Source: Elusimicrobiota bacterium (lineage in GTDB: Bacteria; Elusimicrobiota; Elusimicrobia; UBA1565; UBA9628). Taken from it: DNA of 64,000 nucleotides. Both the position numbers and the translations under genes were made by a program. Shown here piece after piece: positions 1 to 9,476 of the stretch. A model generated the notes under the pieces. It made no database searches, was not told the origin of the DNA, and saw nothing but the letters and a program-made list of their open reading frames with translations. The stretch covers positions 7,150 to 71,149 of the forward strand of contig JBBTJN010000011.1 of the NCBI GenBank assembly GCA_038059415.1, written 5' to 3'. Each line of letters opens with the position of its first letter. Within the stretch, counting starts at the first letter, position 1.

Positions 1-1
1 G

Positions 2-538
2 GATTTCGACGTCGTCGGTCTCGAGCCGTCCGAGTGGGCCGGCCGCATCGCGCGCGAGAGGTTCAAGCTCGACGTTTATCCGGAGTCTTTCCTCACGACG
101 CAGCGCTTTGCGCCCTGTAGCCTGGATTGCGTCGCGATGATCGACGTCATCGAGCACCTGCCAGACCCGGCCCGCGCCATGGCCCGCGCGGCGGAGCTTT
201 TGCGCCCGGGCGGCATTTTATATCTCGTCACCCCCGATGTGAGCAGCTTGTCGGCGAGGATCCTTGGGAGCTATTGGTGGGGACTGCGTCCCGCGCACAT
301 CTACTTCTTCGATGGACGAACGCTGGGCAAGATGCTCGATAAAGCGGGCTTTGAGGTGTTGCAAGTGGAATCGTTTGGGCGCATTTTTTCCTGGGGATAT
401 TGGGCCGGCAAGATGCGGCATTATCCCGCTTGGATTTATCAACCGTTACTTTGGATGATTCGTTCCTTGGGAATCGAGGAGAAAGTGTTGTACATCAACA
501 CGCGCGATTCGATGGAGGTATTGGCACGCAAACGTTGA
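2..538 (+). CDS. Class I SAM-dependent methyltransferase, C-terminal part (5' end outside window)
   Basis: The frame of the listed 137..538 ORF stays open back to nt 2 (DFDVVGLEPSEW...). DCVAMIDVIEHLPDP...LLRPGGILYLVTPD resembles the conserved core after the SAM-binding motif. Confidence 0.7.
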   Translation, partial: DFDVVGLEPSEWAGRIARERFKLDVYPESFLTTQRFAPCSLDCVAMIDVIEHLPDPARAMARAAELLRPGGILYLVTPDVSSLSARILGSYWWGLRPAHIYFFDGRTLGKMLDKAGFEVLQVESFGRIFSWGYWAGKMRHYPAWIYQPLLWMIRSLGIEEKVLYINTRDSMEVLARKR

Positions 539-584
539 GACGATTGCTTTCCCCCGGCGTTGCGGCCCACATGACCTGCGGCCG

Positions 585-2414
585 TCAGTCTCCCGACCAG
601 GAACTAAATCCGCCATCGAGCACGGGTGCGTCGGCGCTCAGCCGGTCGAAGAGAGCGAGCTGGGACTGGGTCGCCCCATCGATTTCGAGGCTCGTGCGAG
701 TCTCAGAGAGATACTCGTTATACGCGCTCTCAGCCCATGGCTGACCCTTCCTGGCGGCCGCGCGCTTGGCGGCATCGCGGATGCTATTTTCGCTGAGCGT
801 GCCTACCGCAACGCCCTTCTCGACGAGATTGGTCGCAAGCAGAGCCTTGAGTGCGTCGAGTTTCCCCGTCCCCGACGGGGCCTGCAGGCGGTAGTAGCGG
901 GAACCGTAGTCTGCGACGACCTGCAGGCCGCCATGGGTCAAGACATCGGCGATATCGTCATCGCCGATCTCGTTTTCGACATGTATGCCGCCGAGATCGA
1001 CCAAGATTTTCTTCTTGAATTTAACGACGACCTGTCGTTCTTCCGACTTCGCGAAGCGCAGCGGCACGCTATAGAGCACGACGCCGGAGGCCGCGAGCTT
1101 GGCTGCGGCCGCTTCGGCGTCAACGCCGTCATAGACCCCGAGTCTCCATGGCCCGTATTGATCGCTGGCTAGAACGAGCAGGCCCGCCTCACGCAAGGTC
1201 TTGGCGATCGCAGCGTCGTCGACGACCGTCTCAACGGGAATTCCCATATCCACGACGGTCTTCTTCTTGAACATCGCCAAGATCTGTCTCGATTCGGGGA
1301 TATCGACCTTGACGGGGGTGGCGAAGAGAACCAGCCCCTCTCCGGATAATTCGCGGGAGACGACGTCGGCCCGGGCCTCGCCGGTGACGGCGACAAGCCA
1401 GGTGTGCGCCTCAGGCTTGGCGAGCACACGCAAGCCGCGCTCTTCGAAGAATTCTGCGATCATCTCCGACGTCACTTCCACGTCGACGGGGAATTTTTCG
1501 CTTACGATAATACTGCGCAATCGGACGAGGATCTGTTTGTCTTGGGGTGCGTTCGGAGTCGACGGATGGGAAAAGGTCAACCGCATGTCCTTGAGACGGA
1601 TGGTCACCTTAAAGGAGCCGAGATGCGTTTTTGACTGGGACCACTCGACGGTGAATCGGACCTCGCTGACGTCGGCGGCCATCTTTGGCTTGAGGCCCTC
1701 GGCGGACTTCACTCTCAATACAGGCCCGACACTCTCGGGATTCTTGACATCCATCCTGGCGAGGCCCCGGAGCCAGCCCGCCTTGCGGCGGCGCAGCGTT
1801 TGGGCAAAGAGGTCGCGGTGGGCCGGGGTAACGACATCGGCGTAGGAGACCTGGGAGACGACGGGAAGCGCGCGCGAAATCCCGCTGGAAGGCGGCACCG
1901 CAACGAGAACGGCCGATCCTCTCTCGTTGGTGCCGATGAGCGAGTTCATCACGTTTTGGCCGACGTCCCTCACCGCGTCCGGGGCGCTAGATGGGTTCCC
2001 CAGTTCCCTGAGCGCGGGCGTGATAGCCGTCAAAACTTCCCGCAATCGCTGCGTCTGCCCGGTCTGCGCCTTTGGAGACGTCGCTCCAGGATTTGCAAGG
2101 TCCCAGACGATCCTGTTATCCCGCAGAGAACCCGGAACGGCCCCGCCGACCTCCCCAGATAGATCCTTGGACGTGTAGACCGCCGGCGCAGCCGAGACCG
2201 GAAACGATAACGCCGGCGTCGGCAATAGCCCAGTGAGGATGAGGCGTTCGTTTATGACGCCGATCTCCCCCATGCCCACGGCGCCGTGAATTTGGGCGCC
2301 GTTGAGGACTGGGCCGACGCGGGAGACGGGGGCCTTAACGACCTGGGCGCAGACCGTCAAACCGGCCTGCGCCCAGTAGAAGAAGCTGACGCCAAACACG
2401 CTGAGATACCGCAT
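585..2414 (-). CDS. Exported hypothetical protein with three tandem ~80-aa repeats
   Basis: 609-aa ORF with a hydrophobic N-terminus. Residues ~297-537 form three repeats (EKFPVDVEV..., KKKTVVDMGIPVE..., KKKILVDLGGIHVE...). It starts 18 nt downstream of the metallopeptidase gene on the same strand. Confidence 0.6.
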   Translation of the reverse strand: MRYLSVFGVSFFYWAQAGLTVCAQVVKAPVSRVGPVLNGAQIHGAVGMGEIGVINERLILTGLLPTPALSFPVSAAPAVYTSKDLSGEVGGAVPGSLRDNRIVWDLANPGATSPKAQTGQTQRLREVLTAITPALRELGNPSSAPDAVRDVGQNVMNSLIGTNERGSAVLVAVPPSSGISRALPVVSQVSYADVVTPAHRDLFAQTLRRRKAGWLRGLARMDVKNPESVGPVLRVKSAEGLKPKMAADVSEVRFTVEWSQSKTHLGSFKVTIRLKDMRLTFSHPSTPNAPQDKQILVRLRSIIVSEKFPVDVEVTSEMIAEFFEERGLRVLAKPEAHTWLVAVTGEARADVVSRELSGEGLVLFATPVKVDIPESRQILAMFKKKTVVDMGIPVETVVDDAAIAKTLREAGLLVLASDQYGPWRLGVYDGVDAEAAAAKLAASGVVLYSVPLRFAKSEERQVVVKFKKKILVDLGGIHVENEIGDDDIADVLTHGGLQVVADYGSRYYRLQAPSGTGKLDALKALLATNLVEKGVAVGTLSENSIRDAAKRAAARKGQPWAESAYNEYLSETRTSLEIDGATQSQLALFDRLSADAPVLDGGFSSWSGD

Positions 2415-2432
2415 TAGGGTGCCGCCCCCCTA

Positions 2433-4919
2433 CTAGTAGCCGAGGTTGCCGTCTTTGAGCGTCTTCGTGATGTTCTCGATCGCTCGGCTATTGCCGGTCA
2501 TCGAGAGCGTGTACTTGGCGTCGTTGCCGCTGATCTTGTAGGTCACGCCGAAGTAGTCGAGGTAGCCGCGGATGTAGCTCAGCGTGTCGTCGCGCACTGC
2601 GCGCTCGACCGAGAATATCGCCTGGCCCCGTGCGATCTTGGCATCCTCCGCGTTCGAGACGCCGCTGCCCGCGTCCGCCGCTTCAGGAGCAAGTCGCGCA
2701 TTTGCACTCGAAATCTCCGTAATCGACGACGACTTAACCTTCACCGCCGGCGACGTCGTCACGACGTCCACCTGCGGGAGAGTGATGCCGTGAGTTTTAG
2801 CGGCCGCGCGGATTTCCGCCTCGTGCAGGATCGTGCCGTCCTTCTTCGTCGCGTTGACGAGGACCTGCATCATCGCGTTGGGAATGGTCGCGGCCTTGGC
2901 GAACATCGTCGGCATGATGAGGGACTCGGTTATCTCAGCGCCCTCTGCATCGCCGAGCTTCGCCATCAGCGCCTTACGAAGCTTCCATGCGAAGCCGCCC
3001 CACGCCAAGCCCTGATCGTGGACTCCGTCGTACTCGTTGTACTGATACGTGTTCTCGCCGTGGCGGATGTAGTCCACGCCGTCGCCGGGCCGCTTGAGGA
3101 AGTGCTCGCCGATGATCGGATTGTTCAGGCGGAACATCGAGAGGATGTCGCCCCAGCCTTCGGACAGGCCTCCGTTGAGGATGCCGCCAGTGAAGTCGTC
3201 CCAGAAATGGCCGTTCTCGTGCTCGGCGACGGTGTCGTACGCGGTGTTCACGCAGTCCCTGCTCGAGCGGAAGAAGTTAAGGCTCGGTCTTCCCGGCGTG
3301 TAGTAGGCGTTGCAGTCGTCGTCGATGTTCGTGCGAACCGGGAGCTGGGTCTTGTCCATGCGCTTGGTGGTGAGCTTGCGCTCACGCAAGAAGTTGAGCG
3401 ACATGTTCACCTTATGGAACGCATTGATCTGCGACAGTGTGTTCTCGTCTTCGATGCCGGTGCCGGTATTGAATACGACTTTATTCTCGCCGGGCTTGAC
3501 GATCACCTTGACCGACAGGGTCCTGCCCTGCTGGTCCTCGACTCGGACGTACGGTCCGGAGAGGGTCGCGGTGAGCTCGAGGCCGGCACCGATTTCCTCG
3601 CTGAGGCCGGCGGGCAGCGCGCCGGTCTTGTCCGTGACATAGGACTTAGCCCCGATCTTCACTTCCATGAAGGGCATCGGGACTTCAGTGACGACGGAAT
3701 CCTTGAGTATCGGGCCGCGATCGACGGTGTTGCCGCTCATCGTTCCGGACAGGCCGCCGGCGTTCTGCGCGGCGGGCGTCTGTTGGAAGCTCTTGAGGCC
3801 GGCGCGGTTGTCCCAGGCGAACACGAGGCCGCTGACGACGTCCACGGCGACCATAAACGGAAGGTTCTCCGCGACGTACAGCTTCACGTTGTGCCACGAG
3901 CCTTCAGCGTAGACGATTTTCTGCTCGGAAAACTCGAAGAAGGCGGAGACGTCGGCGGCCAGCATGCCGATGCGCTCTGAGATCTTGACCGCGATCTCGG
4001 CGTCGGTGAGCACCGTGTCGGTGTTGACGTCCACTTGCGGGAAGACCTGGCCGGTCTGCGCGACGATCGTCGGGTGGTTGTCGAGCGTCTTGATCGTAAA
4101 GGAAAGGGCCGAGCCGTGGACGACGAGGCCGTTCTTGGTCTGGAGGAAGTACACGAACAGCGTGTCGGCCTGTTCGCCCTTGCCCTCGAACTTCTGGGCG
4201 TGGATAAGGCGCAGATCGGCGCTCGACACGCCGTAGCGGTCCTTGTCGGCGTCGATCATCGCCTTGACGGCTTCCACGACGGCCGTGACGTTCGACGCAT
4301 CGGCAGAAAGAGCCTTGCGGGACTCGAATATGCCGCCGACGTCGCGGCTGCCGGGGAGGCCGTACGCCTCGACGCGCGTGGTCGGCTCGCTGTCGGGAGA
4401 AGGGATGGTCGGCTGCTCATCGGCGGCGCTGCCGTTGGGCAGAGGAAGCGGCTTCTGCTCTCTAAAGCCCCTGCGGCCGAAGATAGTCGAGGACTTCGCG
4501 CCGGCGCCGTCGAAGGCGATCTCCGCCGCGGGGCGGTGCAAGAGGGTGGCGAGTGTGCGTCCGTCGCCATCCTTGGAAACGAGTTCGACGGTCTTGCCGG
4601 CGTGAACCTCGGTTTTCTCGGCGGCTTGCCTGGCGCTGAGCCCCGCGACGGGGGTCGCAACCACGGACAGGAGGGGCGCGGGCGCGATGCTAGGCGCGAC
4701 GAGCGCGCCATTGAGACCGATCGGCGTCAGCGGGTTAGACCAGGCGCCGGCGCTTGGCACGATGCCGGCGCCGATCGCGAGCACGACGGGGACCACGGTG
4801 CCGGAGCCGGCGCCGAGTTGCGCGCGCATTTGCGCGGCGGCGGGCAGCGGGCCGGAGGCGAGGAAAAGAGACGCGGCGACGAACAGAGTTGAAAGGCGGC
4901 GCTGTTTTTTCATGCGCAC
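2433..4919 (-). CDS. Secreted zinc metallopeptidase (HExxH...EGWxD, gluzincin / M36-like)
   Basis: 828-aa ORF. Signal-like N-terminus MRMKKQRRLSTLFVAASLFLASGPLPAAAQ. Contains AEHENGHFWDDFTGGILNGGLSEGWGD, i.e. HExxH plus a downstream Glu motif. Confidence 0.7.
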   Translation of the reverse strand: MRMKKQRRLSTLFVAASLFLASGPLPAAAQMRAQLGAGSGTVVPVVLAIGAGIVPSAGAWSNPLTPIGLNGALVAPSIAPAPLLSVVATPVAGLSARQAAEKTEVHAGKTVELVSKDGDGRTLATLLHRPAAEIAFDGAGAKSSTIFGRRGFREQKPLPLPNGSAADEQPTIPSPDSEPTTRVEAYGLPGSRDVGGIFESRKALSADASNVTAVVEAVKAMIDADKDRYGVSSADLRLIHAQKFEGKGEQADTLFVYFLQTKNGLVVHGSALSFTIKTLDNHPTIVAQTGQVFPQVDVNTDTVLTDAEIAVKISERIGMLAADVSAFFEFSEQKIVYAEGSWHNVKLYVAENLPFMVAVDVVSGLVFAWDNRAGLKSFQQTPAAQNAGGLSGTMSGNTVDRGPILKDSVVTEVPMPFMEVKIGAKSYVTDKTGALPAGLSEEIGAGLELTATLSGPYVRVEDQQGRTLSVKVIVKPGENKVVFNTGTGIEDENTLSQINAFHKVNMSLNFLRERKLTTKRMDKTQLPVRTNIDDDCNAYYTPGRPSLNFFRSSRDCVNTAYDTVAEHENGHFWDDFTGGILNGGLSEGWGDILSMFRLNNPIIGEHFLKRPGDGVDYIRHGENTYQYNEYDGVHDQGLAWGGFAWKLRKALMAKLGDAEGAEITESLIMPTMFAKAATIPNAMMQVLVNATKKDGTILHEAEIRAAAKTHGITLPQVDVVTTSPAVKVKSSSITEISSANARLAPEAADAGSGVSNAEDAKIARGQAIFSVERAVRDDTLSYIRGYLDYFGVTYKISGNDAKYTLSMTGNSRAIENITKTLKDGNLGY

Positions 4920-5046
4920 ATCTTAACAACTCAGGATAAATATTTAAGGGCCGTTGGTCCCTACGGCGTGACGGGAGAGTGCCCGGTCTATGTTGGGCCC
5001 TTTGGCCCACGGATCCAGTCTGAACGCGCCGTCGCGGCCCGGGCGT

Positions 5047-6591
5047 TTAGTTTTGCGCTCGTTCGGAGAACATCTCGGGATCGTCCAGCTTGCCGAAAGC
5101 CTTTTCGATCAGCGGATATGCGTCGAGCCACTTGCGGTTGGCTTCTCGCATCGATTGCTTTGCTTGTTGCGCGAAGTGTCGCAAAATCCGTCTGCCCGCA
5201 TACGCCGCGCCGAGAATGCCTAGGCCGATGGGCCAATACCCCGCGGCGGCGAGCAGAATGGCGAACAACGCGGAGCTCGGGATATTGGCCGCCCAGCCGG
5301 CGATTCTTCCCATTATGCCCGGCCGATAAACGGGTTTGACGATATTGGCGGCTATTCCGCTGATCAAATCTTCGTGATCAACAGATTCCACCATTTGAAG
5401 CGCGGGGAGAAGCCAGTTGACGGGCAGCGCTTTATTAACGAGCAACGCAAGAGATTCGGCCTGCTCTTTGCGGGTCCATTCCAAAAGCGCCGCCACCTTG
5501 TCCGAGATTTGATAGTAAATCTTGCTGCTCAGCAATATGCGAAGCGCATCCAATTGTATGTCGTTCGAGAACAAGACGAGGCTCGACATCGAGGGCTTGA
5601 GCGCCCGATGATGCTCTATCATGGCGCCAATCGCCTCCACCGGAATCGGCCCATTAATCCTAGTGATGTCGCCGATCTTGTCGGAGATACGATACTCAGT
5701 GGGCGCGAGCCGGCCGACGGCGGCGGCCTGGTGGGCATTGTCGAATTTCACGATTTCGCCGAGCGCAGGCAGAATATCCCGACCGTTTTCGACCATGGCC
5801 TTGAGTGCGGAGACTTGATGTTCGTTGTCGAAACTCACGATGGCGGGCAGCTTGTCGTAGATTTGGTAGTCGTTATCAATCAGGGATTGGAGCGCGTCGA
5901 GCTGCAGTTGATTGGAAAAGCTCCTGAGGTTTCCAATGGAAGGGCGCATGTCTTTTCCTGCCCGCGCCATCATCTTCATTGCCTCTATTGCGAACGTATT
6001 CTCAGAGTTCATCGTGCCGGCCATGGCAGTCACCGCTTTGGCCGCCTGCGAAATGGAAGTAAAAGGGGCCAACTCCGAGGCGGCCTTGGACAGCGGCATC
6101 GCTTCCTGCCCGTTTTGATTGAACGCGGCTGAGATCTCATCTGCGCGGGATTGAACGGATGACATGATCGTCTTCTCGGCGGTCGGATACACGCTCACTA
6201 ATGTGCTCAAGACGCCCTCTAATTCGCGTGGGTTTCCGGGTTCAATCGCCTCTGCCAGCTGGGTTTCGAAATCGGGGGGTAAGCCCAAGGCGCCGACGAT
6301 TCGACGATGCGCCTCACTCTCCGGCTTCAACGTCTGGAAGGTTGTCATTGAAGGATACCGGGAGAGGAGTCCCTTTCCAGTGTCGGTGAGCAGAAATACT
6401 TTGAGGTTGTCCAGCATGCCCCGCGACACGAGGTTAAAAGGGACGTTCCAAGCGGGGATGGTGCCCCCGCCCGCGGGAATACGGGTCTCGGTAAACTGAA
6501 TGGCCTGGGCCAACCCGCTTATAGACATCAAAATGGCCGTTACCGGCGCAATCATCAATAGACTTGCTCGTTTTACGATTGATATTCCCAT
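5047..6591 (-). CDS. Exported/anchored repeat protein (29-residue periodic repeats, C-terminal TM segments)
   Basis: 514-aa ORF. AGGGGA sits 5 nt upstream of the ATG. Signal-like N-terminus ending ...SGLAQA. F/W-x-N/D-xxQ-xxAL units recur at residues 225, 254, 283, 312, 341 and 372. Hydrophobic stretch ALFAILLAAAGYWPIGLGILGAAYA near the C-terminus. Confidence 0.6.
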   Translation of the reverse strand: MGISIVKRASLLMIAPVTAILMSISGLAQAIQFTETRIPAGGGTIPAWNVPFNLVSRGMLDNLKVFLLTDTGKGLLSRYPSMTTFQTLKPESEAHRRIVGALGLPPDFETQLAEAIEPGNPRELEGVLSTLVSVYPTAEKTIMSSVQSRADEISAAFNQNGQEAMPLSKAASELAPFTSISQAAKAVTAMAGTMNSENTFAIEAMKMMARAGKDMRPSIGNLRSFSNQLQLDALQSLIDNDYQIYDKLPAIVSFDNEHQVSALKAMVENGRDILPALGEIVKFDNAHQAAAVGRLAPTEYRISDKIGDITRINGPIPVEAIGAMIEHHRALKPSMSSLVLFSNDIQLDALRILLSSKIYYQISDKVAALLEWTRKEQAESLALLVNKALPVNWLLPALQMVESVDHEDLISGIAANIVKPVYRPGIMGRIAGWAANIPSSALFAILLAAAGYWPIGLGILGAAYAGRRILRHFAQQAKQSMREANRKWLDAYPLIEKAFGKLDDPEMFSERAQN

Positions 6592-6832
6592 TTTCGTCCC
6601 CTGTATAATTTGATATTGCCCGTCATGACTTGAATATTATGCTTGACGGAGTGAGACTTGTCATGAGTCCTGTGGGTAACGGCGGGGCAGCGAGGACCCA
6701 GGGCTTGCCCTAGGTCTAAAGTCCTGTACGGCCAATGACTTGCTCTTCGCATACCCGGCAACCTGATAACATCATGCGGCGTGCGTTCTGCGACGCGGGG
6801 ACCCCGGAAGTTGGTCGTTATGTTGCGAAGTC

Positions 6833-6862
6833 TTGCACCTTGACCAACCGCTGTGTTAAACT
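6833..6862 (+). promoter_or_regulatory. Candidate sigma70-type promoter of the cox operon
   Basis: TTGCAC (6833-6838), an 18-nt spacer ending in TGT, then TAAACT (6857-6862), ~33 nt upstream of the coxB ATG. GAGAGGA lies 4 nt before the ATG. Confidence 0.25.
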
Positions 6863-6894
6863 CCTCTCCGACAGTTTTCTGGTGAGAGGAACGA

Positions 6895-7740
6895 ATGGGG
6901 AAATACGGCTGGTCGTTGCCGGTCGCCGCTTCGAGCTACGCTGGCCACATTGACTTCGGCATCTGGCTCCTTCATGCGGTGATGCTCAGCATCTTCGCGC
7001 TATGGGGCGCTTTCTTCGTCTATCTTCTCGTCAAGTTCCGCGCCCGTCCCGGCGTCAAAGCCGTGCGCGAAGACCACGACGACGCCCCGGCGCCCGACTC
7101 GTCCTCTAAGCTCCCCTTCGCCGCTAAGCTCTACCGGCATAAGGGCGAGCTGAAGTCCCTGATCCCGGACGCGGTCATCCTGACGTTCGAGATCGCGCTG
7201 ATCGCCTTCTACGCGATCCCGGTCTGGAGCCAGATCAAGATGAACGTGCCCGACACGAAGGATCCGGTCCGCGTCGAGATCGTCAGCGAGCAATTCGGAT
7301 GGAGCATCCATTACGCGGGCCCCGATGGGAAGCTCGGGCGGCGCAAGATGGACCTCATGCACTTCAGCAATCCGATCGGTCTCGACCGGGATGATCCGGC
7401 GTCCGCCGACGACGTCGTCATGGGCAACGAGCTGCGCCTGCCCATCAACAAGACCGTCCTGATTGATCTTTTCTCGAAGGACGTAATTCACAGCTTCTTC
7501 ATCCCCGAGTTCCGCATCAAGCAGGACGCAGTGCCCGGCCTTAAGATCCCGATGTGGATCACGCCCACCAAGATCGGGAAGTTTGAGATCACCTGCGCGC
7601 AGCTGTGCGGATTCGCCCACAGTCTGATGCGCGGCGACGTCTATGTTCAGACCCAGGATGAGTTCGACTCCTGGTACCGCAGCCGTCTCGCGACGATCCC
7701 CGCGTCGGCCCAGCCCACCAATCCCGCGGAGGCCTTCTAG
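6895..7740 (+). CDS. coxB: Cytochrome c oxidase subunit II (no fused cytochrome c domain)
   Basis: Two N-terminal TM helices and the CuA motif HSFFIPE...CAQLCGFAHSLM (C-x3-C-x3-H-x2-M). First gene of the oxidase operon. Confidence 0.9.
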   Translation: MGKYGWSLPVAASSYAGHIDFGIWLLHAVMLSIFALWGAFFVYLLVKFRARPGVKAVREDHDDAPAPDSSSKLPFAAKLYRHKGELKSLIPDAVILTFEIALIAFYAIPVWSQIKMNVPDTKDPVRVEIVSEQFGWSIHYAGPDGKLGRRKMDLMHFSNPIGLDRDDPASADDVVMGNELRLPINKTVLIDLFSKDVIHSFFIPEFRIKQDAVPGLKIPMWITPTKIGKFEITCAQLCGFAHSLMRGDVYVQTQDEFDSWYRSRLATIPASAQPTNPAEAF

Positions 7741-7742
7741 TC

Positions 7743-9473
7743 ATGTCGAACGACGAACACGGACACGGACACAACGAGCTGTCCTTTCAGGAGAAATATG
7801 TTTTCTCCGTCGACCACAAGGTCATCGGGCTTCAATATCTCATCACCTCGTTCATCTTTCTCCTCGTCGGCTTCGCGCTGATGGGGCTGATGCGCTGGCA
7901 GCTCGCGTTTCCCGGCACGCCGATCCCGTTTTTCGGACGGTTCTTCCCGGCCGACCTGGCTCCCAACGGCGTCATGAGCGGAGAGTTCTACAACGCGCTC
8001 GGCGCCATGCACGGCACGATCATGGTGTTCCTGGGGGTCGTACCCCTTGCGGTCGGCGCCTACGGCAATTACGTTTTGCCGCTGCAGATCGGCGCGCCCG
8101 ACATGGCGTTCCCGCGCATGAACATGATGTCGTATTGGCTCTATCTTCCGGGAGGCATCCTCATGCTGTCGTCATTCCTGATGCCCGGCGGCGCCGCGCA
8201 ATCCGGCTGGACCTCCTATCCGCCCCTGTCCATCATCAACCCCGGCCAGACGATGTGGCTCGTGTCGATGGTGGTGCTGATCACCTCGTCTTTGCTTGGC
8301 GCGATCAACTTTCTGGTCACAACGATCAATATGCGCGCGCCGGGCATGTGCCTGTGGCGCATGCCGGTGTTCTGCTGGGCCCAGTTCGTGACGGCGGTCC
8401 TGCTCCTGCTCGCCTTCCCTCCGCTCGAAGCCGCTTCAGTACTTCAGCTCATGGACCGCGTGTTCCACACCAGCTTTTACATGCCCAAGGACCTCGTCTT
8501 CCTCGGCAAGGCGTACGCGGGCTCGGGCGGCGGCCAGCCGCTGCTGTGGCAGCACCTGTTCTGGTTCTTAGCCCATCCCGAGGTCTATGTGCTCGTCCTG
8601 CCGCCCATGGGCATCGTCGCCGAGATCATCGCCAACAACACGCGCAAGCCCCTGCACGGCTACAAGACGATGGTGTTCTCGATGATCGCCATCGGCGTCA
8701 TGAGCTTCATGGTCTGGGCCCACCACATGTTCATCTCCGGGATGAGCGCATCGCTCAGCAACTTCTTCCTGGTCACGACGATGATCATCTCGGTCCCGTC
8801 GGTGGCCCTGATGACCTGCCTCGTGTTCAGCCTGAAGGGCGGCTCGATCCGCTTCAACGTGCCGATGCTGTTCGCTCTGGCGTTCATCCCGCTGTTCGCC
8901 ATCGGCGGACTGACCGGCCTGCCGTTGGGCCTGACGGTGACCGATATTTATCTGCACGACACCTACTACGTGATCGGACACTTCCACTTCGTGGTGGTCT
9001 CGGGCTCGATTATCGCGCTGATGGGCGGCACCTACTACTGGTTCCCGAAGTGGTACGGTCGCAAGATGAACGACACCTTGGGACGCATCCACTTCTGGGG
9101 CACGGTCGCCACCATGTGCGGCGTCTTCATGCCGATGTTGTTCATGGGCATGGCGGGCGCCTCGCGCCGCTTGTACGACCCGACGGCCCAACTCCACAAC
9201 CTCCCCGTCCAAGGCTGGAACGTGGTGAGCACGATCTCGGCCTACCTCCTGGCCGTGTTCCAACTTCCGTTCATTTACAACTTCTTCAACAGCATGTTCA
9301 ACGGCGAGAAGACGCCGGAAAACCCGTGGCAGGCCACGACGCTCGAGTGGGCGTGCCCGTCGCCTCCTCCGCACGGCAACTTCGAGATAACCCCCACGGT
9401 GTACCGCGGGCCGTACGAGTACTCCGTCCCCGGACGCGAGACGGACTTCTGGATGCAGACGGACAAGAACTAA
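7743..9473 (+). CDS. coxA: Cytochrome c oxidase subunit I
   Basis: 576-aa polytopic ORF with typical haem-copper oxidase subunit I sequence (GAPDMAFPRMN, WAHHMF, HDTYYVIGHFHF). Starts 3 nt after coxB. Confidence 0.95.
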   Translation: MSNDEHGHGHNELSFQEKYVFSVDHKVIGLQYLITSFIFLLVGFALMGLMRWQLAFPGTPIPFFGRFFPADLAPNGVMSGEFYNALGAMHGTIMVFLGVVPLAVGAYGNYVLPLQIGAPDMAFPRMNMMSYWLYLPGGILMLSSFLMPGGAAQSGWTSYPPLSIINPGQTMWLVSMVVLITSSLLGAINFLVTTINMRAPGMCLWRMPVFCWAQFVTAVLLLLAFPPLEAASVLQLMDRVFHTSFYMPKDLVFLGKAYAGSGGGQPLLWQHLFWFLAHPEVYVLVLPPMGIVAEIIANNTRKPLHGYKTMVFSMIAIGVMSFMVWAHHMFISGMSASLSNFFLVTTMIISVPSVALMTCLVFSLKGGSIRFNVPMLFALAFIPLFAIGGLTGLPLGLTVTDIYLHDTYYVIGHFHFVVVSGSIIALMGGTYYWFPKWYGRKMNDTLGRIHFWGTVATMCGVFMPMLFMGMAGASRRLYDPTAQLHNLPVQGWNVVSTISAYLLAVFQLPFIYNFFNSMFNGEKTPENPWQATTLEWACPSPPPHGNFEITPTVYRGPYEYSVPGRETDFWMQTDKN

Positions 9474-9476
9474 CCC

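Noticed and set aside
2790-3980. Long plus-strand ORF (396 aa) antisense to the metallopeptidase gene. Similar long antisense ORFs occur at 4035..4892, 7643..9493, 8568..9527, 11446..12408, 11646..12629, 20318..21108, 27880..28743, 43534..44379, 45206..46009, 48671..49513, 49559..50296, 51221..52054, 60027..60848, 61472..62389 and 62316..63986.
   Set aside because: Their products are Arg/Gly/Ala/Pro/Asp-rich low-complexity strings with no motifs. Each fully overlaps an opposite-strand or other-frame ORF that has clear family signatures. These are the open shadow frames expected in GC-rich DNA.
6579-6609. A perfect TATAAT (6604-6609) with TTGATA 19 nt upstream, on the plus strand ~285 nt ahead of coxB.
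   Set aside because: The spacer is too long. The element overlaps the start and SD region of the minus-strand 5047..6591 gene. A better-placed candidate exists at 6833-6862.
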